A DNA stretch of 64,000 nt from Bacillota bacterium (lineage in GTDB: Bacteria; Bacillota; Clostridia; Christensenellales; Pumilibacteraceae): NCBI GenBank assembly GCA_009783985.1, contig WQVM01000001.1, forward strand, positions 7,921 through 71,920. Direction: 5' to 3'. Every line of letters starts with the position of its first letter. Position 1 is the stretch's first letter. Positions 17,024 to 27,332 of the stretch are shown here, piece by piece. Made by a program: the position numbers and the translations under genes. Under the pieces are notes generated by a model. That model saw only the letters and a program-made list of their open reading frames with translations. It had not been told where the DNA came from and did no database searches.

Positions 17024-17111
17024 CTCATTTGTGCTGCCCGTGTATCTAAGTTGGTATTAGGTAGTGCTTTTCTATTAGACTACAGTTTTTTTCTAAATCC
17101 CCATTAAGTAC

Positions 17112-17140
17112 TTGCGAAACCTTACAAAATGTGCTATAAT
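17112..17140 (+). promoter_or_regulatory. Near-consensus promoter for tRNA-Leu(TAA)
   Basis: TTGCGA (17112-17117), 17-nt spacer, TATAAT (17135-17140). The tRNA begins 16 nt later. Confidence 0.75.
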
Positions 17141-17155
17141 GACCATATTCACCCT

Positions 17156-17241
17156 GCCCGGGTGGCGGAATGGCAGACGCCAGGGACTTAAAATCCCTTG
17201 GGAGCAATCCCGTACCGGTTCGAGTCCGGTTCCGGGCACCA
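17156..17241 (+). tRNA. tRNA-Leu (anticodon TAA), CCA encoded
   Basis: GCCCGGG acceptor, anticodon loop CTTAAAA between GGGA/TCCC, long variable arm, T-arm ACCGG-TTCGAGT-CCGGT, then TCCGGGC-A-CCA. Confidence 0.9.
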
Positions 17242-17297
17242 ACAATGACGGACTTGAACACAGTAGAGTGTTTGGGTTCGTTTGTTATATAGGAGTC

Positions 17298-17325
17298 AAA
17301 GCCGTCCGAGTGGACGGCTTTTTCG
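17298..17325 (+). terminator. Rho-independent terminator after tRNA-Leu(TAA)
   Basis: AAAGCCGTCC-GAGT-GGACGGCTTT followed by TTCGG within a T-rich tract. Confidence 0.75.
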
Positions 17326-17329
17326 GTTT

Positions 17330-18454
17330 CTAGGCTTTCGTCAAGGGATAGCAAGGCTTCGGCACGGTCGGTATAGTTGAAATAGACTTGACATTTGTTG
17401 TTGTGCAGGATTACTTTACGGATAAAGAGGTGTATCAATCGTTTGCGGTTATTCTCTAAAGAGTAGTCTAATCCTTTGAAAGAGGTTAGATAGTTTGTTA
17501 TCTCGTTAATGGTCATGGGTTCTCGTTGCATTGCATTTTGAATGGCAATATTATGGAGTAGCTCATCTTTGCGTTTTTCTAAGCTAAGCAGACGAGATTG
17601 AGTGGAGTTAGTCACTACACCTTGTTCTAGGGCAGAGAGCATATTATTTATAGCTCGCTCATTTTCGGCATATAGCTTTTTGAAGTCGTCAAGCAACTCA
17701 TTTTTTGTTATATGCTCGTTAAACTTTTGACTTACTCTGTCTGCAATTTGAGAGATGAAATCATCTGTCAACACATAGTCGTGGATAACCTTAACAACCT
17801 TTTCTTCCAAAAAATCTCTGCGGATATTAGTCTTAGGACATGGCTTATTATACTTCTTATGTTGAAAGCAAGTGTAATAATTATAGACTGTGCCGTTTCT
17901 GCTTGTTCCGCTGTCGGCAGATATTGTTGAGCGACAATACCCACAAAAAGTTTTTCCGCTAAGTAGGAAAGGGGTAGCCGACTTAAAGAAAGTCGCTCTC
18001 TTTCTATGGGTATCCAAAATAGCAATAGCACGCTTAAAAGTCGCCTCGTCAACTATGGCAGGGATATAATCCACATCCTCATATTTGTATCCGATGTATC
18101 GTTTATTGCGTATTAGTTGAGAAACAGCATTTATAGTAAATTCCTTGCCACTAAGCTTGCGTCTTGCACCGCTATCATTAAGGTATTGAGCAATCTGTTT
18201 AAGAGTTTTGTTATCCTTTACAAGCATATTATACATATCTTTAATAAAGGCACTCTCAAATGGGTTGACAGTCCATTTTTTGTCAACAATACTATATCCA
18301 TAGGTAATATGACCGCCTATATATTCACCTTTGAGTTTTTTTCTCTAATGCTCCGTTTTGTTTTCTGCGACAATTCTGCACTAAAATATTCGTTATAACC
18401 CTCTAAGACACTCTCAAGTAAAATGCCTTCGGGACTATTGGATATCGGTTCCAT
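17330..18454 (-). pseudogene. Large serine recombinase remnant: catalytic resolvase domain missing, frameshift in an A7 run
   Basis: Minus strand from 18454 reads MEPISNSPEGILLESVLEGYNEYFSAELSQKTKRSIREK and then goes out of frame at the A7 run (plus-strand T7, 18336-18342). The next frame continues LKGEYIGGHITYGYSIVDKKWTVNPFESAFIKDMYNMLV...recombinase and zinc-ribbon (CGYC...YYTC) regions. No catalytic-Ser region upstream. Confidence 0.75.
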
Positions 18455-18549
18455 AGCGGACAAATTTTGCGAGTATGACTTTTTTGATATATTACAATAC
18501 TTAACTCGGTTTGTTTTTCGCTACTATATCTAGCGTATATTGGTAGTAA

Positions 18550-19461
18550 TTAGTTTTCTGTGGGGGTGTTTAACTTTTCAGACAAACGCATTGCTTTTTT
18601 TACTTTGGCGGGACTTAATCCTATTATTTGCTTGAATGAGCGTGAAAAATAATTGAGATCGTCAAAACCGCATGTTGTTGCAATTTCAGTTATATTTTTG
18701 TCGGTGTTTGTAAATAAGCCAAGTGCTATAGTTATACGATATTCGTTTAGATATTGTCGCATTGATTTGCCTGTTTGAGATTTAAATATGCGTGAAAAGT
18801 AAGAATAGTGAAGATACATATCACTGATTATTTTTCGGAAATCTATATCGTTGCCATAGTTTTGGGCTATATGGTTTAAGACAGAATTAACACGCTTGTA
18901 ATTAGGGTCGTTTTGTACAATTGTATCATTTAGTAAATGCGTGTTGAGTCTGTATAAGTGTGCTAACATAGCATAAATATAACCCTTGAGTGCAATATGA
19001 TATCCTTTTGATTTATTCCGATATTCTTGTTCGCATCGATTAAACAATTCAATCAATTCGGGATTGCTTGAATAATGTGTTGCAAATTCGCTCCGCTTTT
19101 CTGTCATCGGAAGTATATAGTTATATTCGCATATGTCAACAATTTTAGATTGAAGAAAAGATGGTAAAAATTGCAAGCAATATGTTTTGTAGCTTGGATA
19201 TGTTTTGAGGCAACTATGGATTTCGTTGCTGTTAAAAACAAAAATATCGCCCGCCTTTGCATGGTGCTTAACATTGCCGACGTTAATTTCCGCTTCACCT
19301 TGTACTATATACAAAAACTCTAATTCCGCATGTGAATGGGGGATAAAGCCGAGATTGTCATTGGTATGGTCGGCATACAAAAACTTGACGCCAAAACTCT
19401 TGTTAGAGTATTCGATAGTCTCTTTTTCAAAACTTTGCTTGTGTAATTTTCTTGCTAGCAT
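18550..19461 (-). CDS. AraC-family transcriptional regulator (cupin sensor plus HTH_AraC)
   Basis: 303 aa. Cupin-like HSHAELEFLYIVQGEA and C-terminal dual HTH ...ITEIATTCGFDDLNYFSRSFKQIIGLSP. Confidence 0.9.
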   Translation of the reverse strand: MLARKLHKQSFEKETIEYSNKSFGVKFLYADHTNDNLGFIPHSHAELEFLYIVQGEAEINVGNVKHHAKAGDIFVFNSNEIHSCLKTYPSYKTYCLQFLPSFLQSKIVDICEYNYILPMTEKRSEFATHYSSNPELIELFNRCEQEYRNKSKGYHIALKGYIYAMLAHLYRLNTHLLNDTIVQNDPNYKRVNSVLNHIAQNYGNDIDFRKIISDMYLHYSYFSRIFKSQTGKSMRQYLNEYRITIALGLFTNTDKNITEIATTCGFDDLNYFSRSFKQIIGLSPAKVKKAMRLSEKLNTPTEN

Positions 19462-19646
19462 CTCTGGATTATATCATAATTGCGTAGTTTTGTCAACTCA
19501 AAAAAGTTAAAATTGTGCTAATTTTGGTAAATCTAGATATTGCAAAAATCTATAATTATATGGTATTATAGATAAAATAAGGATAAAATAGATAGAATAA
19601 GGGTAGAGTAATTTTTAATCTTGCTAGCAAACAGTTAAATTAAGTC

Positions 19647-19693
19647 ATAAAATAGGGATATCCCTATTTTATTTGGCAATGTATATTGCCAAA
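19647..19693 (+). promoter_or_regulatory. Two adjacent perfect palindromes immediately upstream of the RBS of the glycan-locus binding protein gene (operator or attenuator candidates)
   Basis: 26-bp ATAAAATAGGGATA|TCCCTATTTTAT (19647-19672) and TTTGGCAA-TGTATA-TTGCCAAA (19672-19693). AAAGGAG RBS follows. Confidence 0.5.
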
Positions 19694-19709
19694 TAAAGGA
19701 GTATTGATA

Positions 19710-21083
19710 ATGAAAAAAAGAATTTCAATTATAGTTGTGGCTATATGCTTATTTTTTGTAGCGACTATAACTGTCGCATGTAGCTCGTCAGACGATCGTT
19801 ATAGACTACTTGTATGGGCTCCTGCCGAAGAGCAAGAAATGCTTCTTAGCATGAGCGAAAGTTTTTTGTATGAAAATCCAGAATTTGCAGAACTTGTAAG
19901 ATTTGAATTTGTAACTATGGACTTTCCAAATGTTCCTGATGAAGTTATTAGGGATGCTATGTCAGCGGCTAATATATTCAAGTTTCCGTCGGGAGCAATA
20001 CCAGCGATGGGTGGCAATCTACTTCCTATGATATATCAGCCGATTTTGACTAATGCAGAATCTCGTCATGTAGAAGCTGCGTTAGATGCACTTTGGAGTG
20101 ATGTTACAATCGGAGGTCAAAATAGGAGAGCTTTAGTAGCACTGCCAGCTTCGCCTAATAATTTTGTACTTCACTATAATTCAGACCTGTTAACAGAAGA
20201 AGATGTTCGTTCTATTGAGAGTATAATGGCTGCTGATATTGATGCAGAATTTAATTTGGCGATGCCACTTGCCAATGCGTGGTATAATAAGGTGTTCTTT
20301 TTGGGTGCAGGGGCTACTGTGACGGTAAATTTGGAAACAGACACGCTACAAACTACTTTTGCTGGAGAATATGGTATGAAGGCGGCAGAGTATATGTCTG
20401 GGCTTGCACGCCATCCGCTTTTCTTAAATGATGACGGTGGGCAAGGCGGACAAGAATTTCGCAGTGGCAATCTTGGTGCATTTTTTGGTCCGCCTATCTC
20501 TCGTAACGATGTAATCAATATTCCTGGGAATATTACTGAGGGTAGCGTAATTAACGCTGCTAACTATGCGTCGGCACCGCTTCCTACGATTAGAATTAAT
20601 AGTGAAGACAGACAACTTATAGATTTTTCGGAGCATAGGGTATACGGCATAAACGCTCTAACTGGAGCAAGTCGTGATCACTTGGAAGCGGCACAAATAA
20701 CCAGAATTGCACAGCTTTTTGTAGATTATATAACTAACGATATCAATCAATTAAGACGATTTGAGCTTACATCTGCGGCACCGACCGCCCGTACTTTAGT
20801 TAATCACAACCAAACTAACATCCCGCATCCTGCAATTGCTGGCAATCCTAGTGCTGGCAATCCCGGTCGTCCTGAAATCGTGTCTAGTATTATTCAAGCA
20901 CAAATAAATAGTGCTATGCCTATGCCTGCTACTCGTGCGTTATCCAATTTTTGGTCACCGCAAGCTGTGTTTGGTCAGCAAATAGTAAACAATGCAGATA
21001 GTGGAACACCGCCTGCGGTAGCTGATTTTCAGCGTTGGCTTGATGATTTGTACAATGGTATTACAATAAATTTAACCGCTTAA
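19710..21083 (+). CDS. ABC transporter extracellular solute-binding lipoprotein (family 1, carbohydrate type)
   Basis: MKKRISIIVVAICLFFVATITVAC lipobox. ~457 aa. Followed by two sugar permease genes. ATG at 19710 after AAAGGAG. Confidence 0.8.
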   Translation: MKKRISIIVVAICLFFVATITVACSSSDDRYRLLVWAPAEEQEMLLSMSESFLYENPEFAELVRFEFVTMDFPNVPDEVIRDAMSAANIFKFPSGAIPAMGGNLLPMIYQPILTNAESRHVEAALDALWSDVTIGGQNRRALVALPASPNNFVLHYNSDLLTEEDVRSIESIMAADIDAEFNLAMPLANAWYNKVFFLGAGATVTVNLETDTLQTTFAGEYGMKAAEYMSGLARHPLFLNDDGGQGGQEFRSGNLGAFFGPPISRNDVINIPGNITEGSVINAANYASAPLPTIRINSEDRQLIDFSEHRVYGINALTGASRDHLEAAQITRIAQLFVDYITNDINQLRRFELTSAAPTARTLVNHNQTNIPHPAIAGNPSAGNPGRPEIVSSIIQAQINSAMPMPATRALSNFWSPQAVFGQQIVNNADSGTPPAVADFQRWLDDLYNGITINLTA

Positions 21084-21086
21084 CTT

Positions 21087-22445
21087 ATGATAAATATGAC
21101 AATGCAGCCAAGCAAAGAAATGCCGATTATTCGAAAAATAGCGTTTTACCTGTCCTTTATTTTTTTTGGACTAGGTAATATTGCATTTGGTCAAATTATC
21201 AAAGGGCTTATATTTTTTGCACTACAAATCGCAATTGTAATATTCTTTGTGTTTTGGGGCGGACAGCATCTTGCCAATTTTGCTACTATAGGCACTCAAA
21301 ATCAAGAGTTCATAGAAATAGGCGGTTCGGTTGTAACTATACCCGGTGACAACTCGGTACAGTTATTTCTTTTAGGCGTATTTACCATATTGCTTTTTCC
21401 TGCGGTAGCCTTGTTGGCATTTGTGTCGATTAAGAGCGGACTTGTTGCAAAGCAAAACTATCTTAAAGAGAAATGCAGTCTCGACTTTAAGACAGATTGC
21501 AAAAAGTTAATTGATAAAGACCTTCATAAGACATTACTGACTGTGCCGTTTTTAGGATTGCTGTTTTTTACAATTGTTCCGTTAGTTTTTATGATACTGA
21601 TAGCTTTTACTAACTTTGACAGATTTCATCAGCATCCCGAATTGTTTGACTGGGTAGGATTCAGTAATTTTAGAGCGTTTTTTAATATGAGTGCCGATGG
21701 TGCACAGATAGGCAGGACATTTGTCAGAGTTTTGGGTTGGACACTTATTTGGGCGGTACTTGCTACGGTTACTTGTTATTTCGGCGGGATATTTTTGGCT
21801 ATGCTAATCAATCAAAAGGGGATAAGGGGAAAAACATTCTTTCGTACGGTTTTTGTTATTACTATCGCTATCCCCGCATTTATCACTCTTTCGGCTGTAT
21901 CGGGAATGATGGCACGCAACGGAATAGTCAATATACTTCTTATGCGTTGGGGGTTTATATCCAGTCCGCTTCCGTTTTTCTCTGATAGTATGTGGGCGAG
22001 AGTTTCGGTTATTGTTATAAATATGTGGATTGGCATACCTTTTACTATGTTATTCGCAACAGGTGTATTGCAAAATATTCCATCCGAACTTCATGAGAGT
22101 GCCAAGATTGACGGTGCTAACGCATGGGTGAGATTCCGCAAGATTGTTATGCCATATGTTCTTTTTATTACTGCCCCCGTTTTGATAACGCAATTTATTG
22201 GCAATATCAATAACTTTAATGTAATATTCTTTTTGACTGGCGGAGCACCTGCTGTATCGGGTGCTTTTGGTGGAGCTGGTTCTACAGATTTGCTTATTAC
22301 ATGGTTATTTAGATTGACAGCAGAGCATAATGACTTTTCTTTCGCTAGTGTTATAGGGCTTTCGGTTTTCTTGATTAACATACTAATATCGCTAGCGTTA
22401 TTCAAAACTAAGTCTTTCAAAGATGACACGGCATTTAGAGTGTAA
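21087..22445 (+). CDS. Carbohydrate ABC transporter permease (MalF-like)
   Basis: Multi-TM protein with EAA-type loop ...ESAKIDGANAWVRFRKIVMP. Confidence 0.85.
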   Translation: MINMTMQPSKEMPIIRKIAFYLSFIFFGLGNIAFGQIIKGLIFFALQIAIVIFFVFWGGQHLANFATIGTQNQEFIEIGGSVVTIPGDNSVQLFLLGVFTILLFPAVALLAFVSIKSGLVAKQNYLKEKCSLDFKTDCKKLIDKDLHKTLLTVPFLGLLFFTIVPLVFMILIAFTNFDRFHQHPELFDWVGFSNFRAFFNMSADGAQIGRTFVRVLGWTLIWAVLATVTCYFGGIFLAMLINQKGIRGKTFFRTVFVITIAIPAFITLSAVSGMMARNGIVNILLMRWGFISSPLPFFSDSMWARVSVIVINMWIGIPFTMLFATGVLQNIPSELHESAKIDGANAWVRFRKIVMPYVLFITAPVLITQFIGNINNFNVIFFLTGGAPAVSGAFGGAGSTDLLITWLFRLTAEHNDFSFASVIGLSVFLINILISLALFKTKSFKDDTAFRV

Positions 22446-22458
22446 TAAAAAACAAATT

Positions 22459-23739
22459 ATGATACAAGAGAAATTCAAAAAAAATCCTATAAAGGTTGAT
22501 ATGCGTTTCAAAAAAGCGGCGATAATTTTTGCTTGTATTGTCGCAGTTTCTCTTTTTGTTCCATTTATTGCTAGTCGTGGGCAGGTGGTCATAACTATTG
22601 CCGCTATAGGAAGATTTATGTCAGAGGGGCAGACGGCGGGGCTTATACTTATAGTGGCAATTATAGCGAGTATCACTAGCTGTATTACATTAGTTGCTGT
22701 TAAGACTCAAAATATTCTTGCATTTATTAGTATTGCACTAGGTATAATAGGGACAATTTCGGCATTTGTGAGTTTGTTCACAATCAAAACCGCTTCTGAC
22801 GCAGTAGGGTATTTGAATTCGGAGTTTATGGTGTTTTTCAATCTTAATTTTGGATGGTATTTGCTTTTTATTGGTTCGTTCGGTGTAATGTTTTGTTCTT
22901 TTCGGGCAATAAAGGTCAAGACTGGCTACATAATTTTAGCGGTACTTTGTGCTATTTGGCTAATACCTATATTGTGGCTGTTTGCTAATTCTTTTAGAGC
23001 GACACCTGGATTATTTTCACCGACATTTTTCCCTAGAAATTGGACAATTCGCAACTATATGACGCTGTTCACCGACAGCGGCGAAGGGAATATGTTTAAT
23101 TTTGGCAGATGGTTTTTTAATACGATGATTGTTGCTACTGCTACAATGTTTGTATCTGCAACTATCATACTTAGCACTTCATACGCAATATCTCGCACCA
23201 AATTCCGTGGCAAGCCGTTTCTTATGGCGGGCTTACTTATTGTCGGAATGTTTCCTGGTTTTATGGCGATGACAGCGGTATACTTTATGTTGCAATGGAT
23301 TGGTCTTGGTCAAACACTTATCGCACTTATAGCTGTTTATTCGGGGTCAAGTGCACTTGGTTTTCTAATAGTCAAAGGATTCTTTGATACGCTACCGCAA
23401 TCTATCGAAGAGGCGGCAGCTATTGACGGGGCATCTAAGTTAAGGGTATTTATACAAATAATGATTCCCCTTAGTAAGCCTATAATAATATTTACGCTAC
23501 TTACAAGTTTTATGGGTCCGTGGGGTGACTTTATATTTGCAAGTTTTTTGCTAAGGGGTCAGCGTGACAATTTTACCGTCGCAGTTGGATTGCATCAAAT
23601 GCTGGGCGATAGATGGATAGAATCGTGGTATACTCGTTTTGCGGCAGGGTCTATATTGATATCAATACCTATAGCAGGATTATTTGTCGCACTTCAAAAA
23701 TACTATACGCAAGGTGTTTCGGGTGCTGTAAAAGGATAA
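22459..23739 (+). CDS. Carbohydrate ABC transporter permease (MalG-like) with extra N-terminal TM segments
   Basis: EAA loop IEEAAAIDGASKLRVFIQIMIPL. Start uncertain (22423, 22459 or 22501). Confidence 0.8.
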   Translation: MIQEKFKKNPIKVDMRFKKAAIIFACIVAVSLFVPFIASRGQVVITIAAIGRFMSEGQTAGLILIVAIIASITSCITLVAVKTQNILAFISIALGIIGTISAFVSLFTIKTASDAVGYLNSEFMVFFNLNFGWYLLFIGSFGVMFCSFRAIKVKTGYIILAVLCAIWLIPILWLFANSFRATPGLFSPTFFPRNWTIRNYMTLFTDSGEGNMFNFGRWFFNTMIVATATMFVSATIILSTSYAISRTKFRGKPFLMAGLLIVGMFPGFMAMTAVYFMLQWIGLGQTLIALIAVYSGSSALGFLIVKGFFDTLPQSIEEAAAIDGASKLRVFIQIMIPLSKPIIIFTLLTSFMGPWGDFIFASFLLRGQRDNFTVAVGLHQMLGDRWIESWYTRFAAGSILISIPIAGLFVALQKYYTQGVSGAVKG

Positions 23740-23765
23740 CTGTTAAGAAAAATTGAGGCGAATTT

Positions 23766-26700
23766 ATGACTAAATCAAAATCAAAAAAATTATTATGTGC
23801 AATAACGGCGTTGATATTGATATTGACGAGTGTTTTGACAATACCCGCTATAATGCACAAACCATATTCGGCTAGGGCAAATAGCTGGGTAGAAACAGTA
23901 TTTCCCGAATTTGATGTTACTGATTTTACCGAAGGCGCAAGACCGCTCAATTTTATCAATGGATATCAAAATTCACGGATGATGCTTCTCAAATACCAAA
24001 ACAGGGTTTCATTTGGTAATGCTATGCCAACTGATAGTCATGCACAATGGCGGGTTTTCTTTGATTCGGCAAGTGGTCTTTCTGCACTTCGTAATGAGGG
24101 TAGCGGATATTATGTGAATTTTGATAGTAACGATGATCTTTACTTTACACCGACAAGAGTGTATGCGTTTAGAATGATGCCACCTTCGGGCATAAGATAT
24201 CCAGGAGTGCGTTTTAGAGGTCCGAATACTGATGCTAATAATGTATCCAATGATTTTAGATTTTTGCATATTCAAAATTTCCGCACATATCATTTCGTTG
24301 AGTTTTCAGCGGACGCTCAAGCTAGCTGGGGAACACCTCATTGGGAGCCGTTGCTAGCCGAAGAAGCAGGCAAAAATCTTGGTGATATTGGAGCAAGTGT
24401 GCAGGCACCGCAAGGGTATGTCCGTATTTTTAATTATCATCAGCACGAAACCGACAACAACTTTTTGATGCAAAACAACAGGGCTATTGTTCATGGTAAT
24501 TTCCGTGCTAATGACGCTCGTACTCATTGGAGATTTGAGCCGACTGGACAACAAGGTTTCTATTACTTAATAAACAGATATTCTGGTCAGTATGCAGTCA
24601 ATCATGACAATGATGTGCAAGTATTGGACCGTGCGACGGCTCTTCTTAGAGAGGGTGGTGCAGCGGCACGCTGGCAGATAACAAGTGCAGGCAGACCTGA
24701 CGCTATAATGATTGGAAACATTTTTAGCCGCCCTGCCCACAATCAGCCTTTTCTTAATGTGTCGGTAGGTCGTGTTGTTTCGGGACTTGTATCAATACTC
24801 GACGAAAGAGCGTATTGGATGATTGATGAGAATGTAATAAACCCTGGCGATGTCGAACCACCTACTGAAAATGTTGCACTTAGACCATTTAATGATGGCG
24901 GATTTTATAGAGTTGTGGGCAACCGTGCACTAAGTTCGATTTATCGATTGCAGTATTATGGCAGACAAGTTAGACTGCAAGATAGCGTTACGAGTAGATT
25001 TATATTTTTTGACGGACGCAGATTTCAAACAAAAGTTCTTGCGTGTGTTATGGATACTGATACTCTATGGAATATATCCGAGAGACTCGGCAGGACATAT
25101 ATTACATTGCGTGGTATGAGTTTAGAATTAACTCAAGTAGAAGGACAATATATCTATAGAGTTGAGGACGCTCATAGACGAGATGATAGATTGCTTCTCA
25201 CAGTGTTTAGTGCAAGAACAGCAACTTTTGCTACGGATATATCATCTACTACAACGGGTGACATTACAATCAGAGTTAATGCTTCAGATTCTATCCAAAC
25301 GACTGTTCCTGCTACTAATATCCAACTTCCGCTAAGAAAGGGTACTAACCTAATCGAAATCACAGGCGATACAGAGGGCTTTAGAAGTTTGATTTTTCAT
25401 CAAATTATGGGTCGTAGTTTCTTTGGAGCATCAACTAACGCCAGAATGTATCAAGCCCAAGATATGACGGTTACTAATGCCGAAATTATTTTGGAAAATA
25501 GACAACACCATACTGTTGCAAGCGAAGCTGCGGAAAGACAAGCGGTGAGAATAATTCAAACGGGCGGTTCGGTCAGATGGTCGCTATCAGCTCCAGCTAA
25601 CGCTATTATTGTAAGAGCCAGTGTGCCTGATAGTGCGGATGGTAGGGGTCTAGACTTTACTTTGAGTTTGTTTGCTAACGGACAACTCATAGGTGCTGTA
25701 GATATGACTTCTCGGTATTCGTGGTTGTATGGTAGATATGGTGCAGGCGGTGGTAACGATGCAGCTGAGCAGTGGACTAATGACCCTTCCCATATGGACA
25801 ATGGCGGTGTACGCAAATTCTTTGGCGAAACTCGCAAAATCCTTGACAGAGCATGGCCTGAAGGTACGGAGCTAATGCTTCGCAAAGAAGGTCTGACAGA
25901 TTTTGCTGCATTCTATTATATTGATTTTGTCGAGACACACTTTATTGAGGAGGCATTACTTGCACCTAATGGAGCGGTCAATATATTAGACCATGGTGCA
26001 CAAAGAGGACCGTTAGGTAGTCCGTCAGCAAATCATAATGCTTTTATGGCAGCTGCAAGGGCTGCTATGAATACAGCAGGGCGTACAGTATTTATTCCAG
26101 AGGGAGATTTTTTCTTTCCGCAAGAAACAATTACTTTTCGCAATGAGACATTTACAAGGGGTGAACCGATAGAGCTAGGTCCAGAGTTTGCTGGACTTAT
26201 AGTGCGAGGTGCAGGTGTTTGGCGTACTAATATTCATGGTGGAGTAACATTCCATCTTGCGGGAGCTCACGATGCAACATTTTTGGACATTGCCTTTATC
26301 GGAAACGAAACCATTCGTCGCAACTCAGTTGCTCGTTCGTTATTTCAAGGGACTGAAATAGCGACAAATGGTCTTACAACGCATAACATTTGGGTCAGTC
26401 GTTACAAGGTTGGTTGGTGGCTTTATGGTGGTTCTAACCACTATATTTCGGGTGGCAAAGGGCATGACTTGTTTGCTGACGGCATCAATCTCACTTTGGG
26501 AGCGACTAATTCTGTTATCACCCAAAACTATTTCCGTAATATAGGTGATGATGCAATAGCTCAGTGGTCGCTAGGTCAGCACAATATAGGCAATGTAGTT
26601 AGCTTTAACAGTATCGCACATACTTGGCTTGCTAACGGTATTGCGGTATATGGCGGACAAGATCACTTGATTACACGCAATCACATTAGAGATACTATCT

Positions 26701-27332
26701 ATGTCGGAGCGGGGATCAATATTTCGACTAATTTTGCTCCTGCAGATCAGGTCACGCCAATATTCCGTGGTAGCGTCATAGTGACTAACAACCTTTTGGA
26801 GCGTACTGGTTCACTTGATGCCGAAGGTGGTCCTTTAGGTGCAATATGGATATTTGTGCCATCTTTGCCTGATGGACCAGGTTTTGGCATATTGACGGAT
26901 GAGATTATAATCAAACATAATGTTATTTATGACAGCACTTTTAGTGGCATACAAGTCAGTGGTGTTCATCCTGTCTATAATATGTTTATCAAAAACAATG
27001 TAATTGATACGGCAGGTACATTCGGTATAGATATTGGACCAGATGTTTCGGGAAATATGACTTTGATAGATAATATTATTGTCGATGCCGCAGATGAGAT
27101 TCGAAATCTAGCAGGGGACAATATGCGTATTGAGATACACAATGATATAAGACCTGTTGTTAATGCTCGTGCGGACAGAAGATTTAATAGAGATGGAGCA
27201 GGCATAAGTCCAGTCGTTGCTTGTTTTATTATAATTGGCTTATTTATGATTGTAGGCGGCGGCACATTTATTGCAGTCCTACTTGTCAAAAGACTCAAAG
27301 GGGGTAAATCCAATGAAAAAGAGACTGATTAG
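23766..27332 (+). CDS. Secreted, C-terminally membrane-anchored GH87-like (alpha-1,3-glucanase/mycodextranase-like) beta-helix enzyme with N-terminal lectin-like repeats
   Basis: Signal peptide. Repeats with xW motifs (HAQWRV, THWRF, ARWQI, AYWMI). Beta-sandwich ...AIIVRASVPDSADGRGLDFTLSLFANG...TSRYSWLYG. Beta-helix motifs DGINL, GDDAIAQWS, WLANGIAVYGG, GAGINIST. C-terminal TM VVACFIIIGLFMIVGGGTFIAVLLV. Confidence 0.6.
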   Translation: MTKSKSKKLLCAITALILILTSVLTIPAIMHKPYSARANSWVETVFPEFDVTDFTEGARPLNFINGYQNSRMMLLKYQNRVSFGNAMPTDSHAQWRVFFDSASGLSALRNEGSGYYVNFDSNDDLYFTPTRVYAFRMMPPSGIRYPGVRFRGPNTDANNVSNDFRFLHIQNFRTYHFVEFSADAQASWGTPHWEPLLAEEAGKNLGDIGASVQAPQGYVRIFNYHQHETDNNFLMQNNRAIVHGNFRANDARTHWRFEPTGQQGFYYLINRYSGQYAVNHDNDVQVLDRATALLREGGAAARWQITSAGRPDAIMIGNIFSRPAHNQPFLNVSVGRVVSGLVSILDERAYWMIDENVINPGDVEPPTENVALRPFNDGGFYRVVGNRALSSIYRLQYYGRQVRLQDSVTSRFIFFDGRRFQTKVLACVMDTDTLWNISERLGRTYITLRGMSLELTQVEGQYIYRVEDAHRRDDRLLLTVFSARTATFATDISSTTTGDITIRVNASDSIQTTVPATNIQLPLRKGTNLIEITGDTEGFRSLIFHQIMGRSFFGASTNARMYQAQDMTVTNAEIILENRQHHTVASEAAERQAVRIIQTGGSVRWSLSAPANAIIVRASVPDSADGRGLDFTLSLFANGQLIGAVDMTSRYSWLYGRYGAGGGNDAAEQWTNDPSHMDNGGVRKFFGETRKILDRAWPEGTELMLRKEGLTDFAAFYYIDFVETHFIEEALLAPNGAVNILDHGAQRGPLGSPSANHNAFMAAARAAMNTAGRTVFIPEGDFFFPQETITFRNETFTRGEPIELGPEFAGLIVRGAGVWRTNIHGGVTFHLAGAHDATFLDIAFIGNETIRRNSVARSLFQGTEIATNGLTTHNIWVSRYKVGWWLYGGSNHYISGGKGHDLFADGINLTLGATNSVITQNYFRNIGDDAIAQWSLGQHNIGNVVSFNSIAHTWLANGIAVYGGQDHLITRNHIRDTIYVGAGINISTNFAPADQVTPIFRGSVIVTNNLLERTGSLDAEGGPLGAIWIFVPSLPDGPGFGILTDEIIIKHNVIYDSTFSGIQVSGVHPVYNMFIKNNVIDTAGTFGIDIGPDVSGNMTLIDNIIVDAADEIRNLAGDNMRIEIHNDIRPVVNARADRRFNRDGAGISPVVACFIIIGLFMIVGGGTFIAVLLVKRLKGGKSNEKETD

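Noticed and set aside
17046-17329. 3' ~95 codons of the 396-aa recombinase ORF
   Set aside because: This part is antisense to a well-formed tRNA-Leu(TAA), its promoter and its terminator. The open frame is fortuitous.
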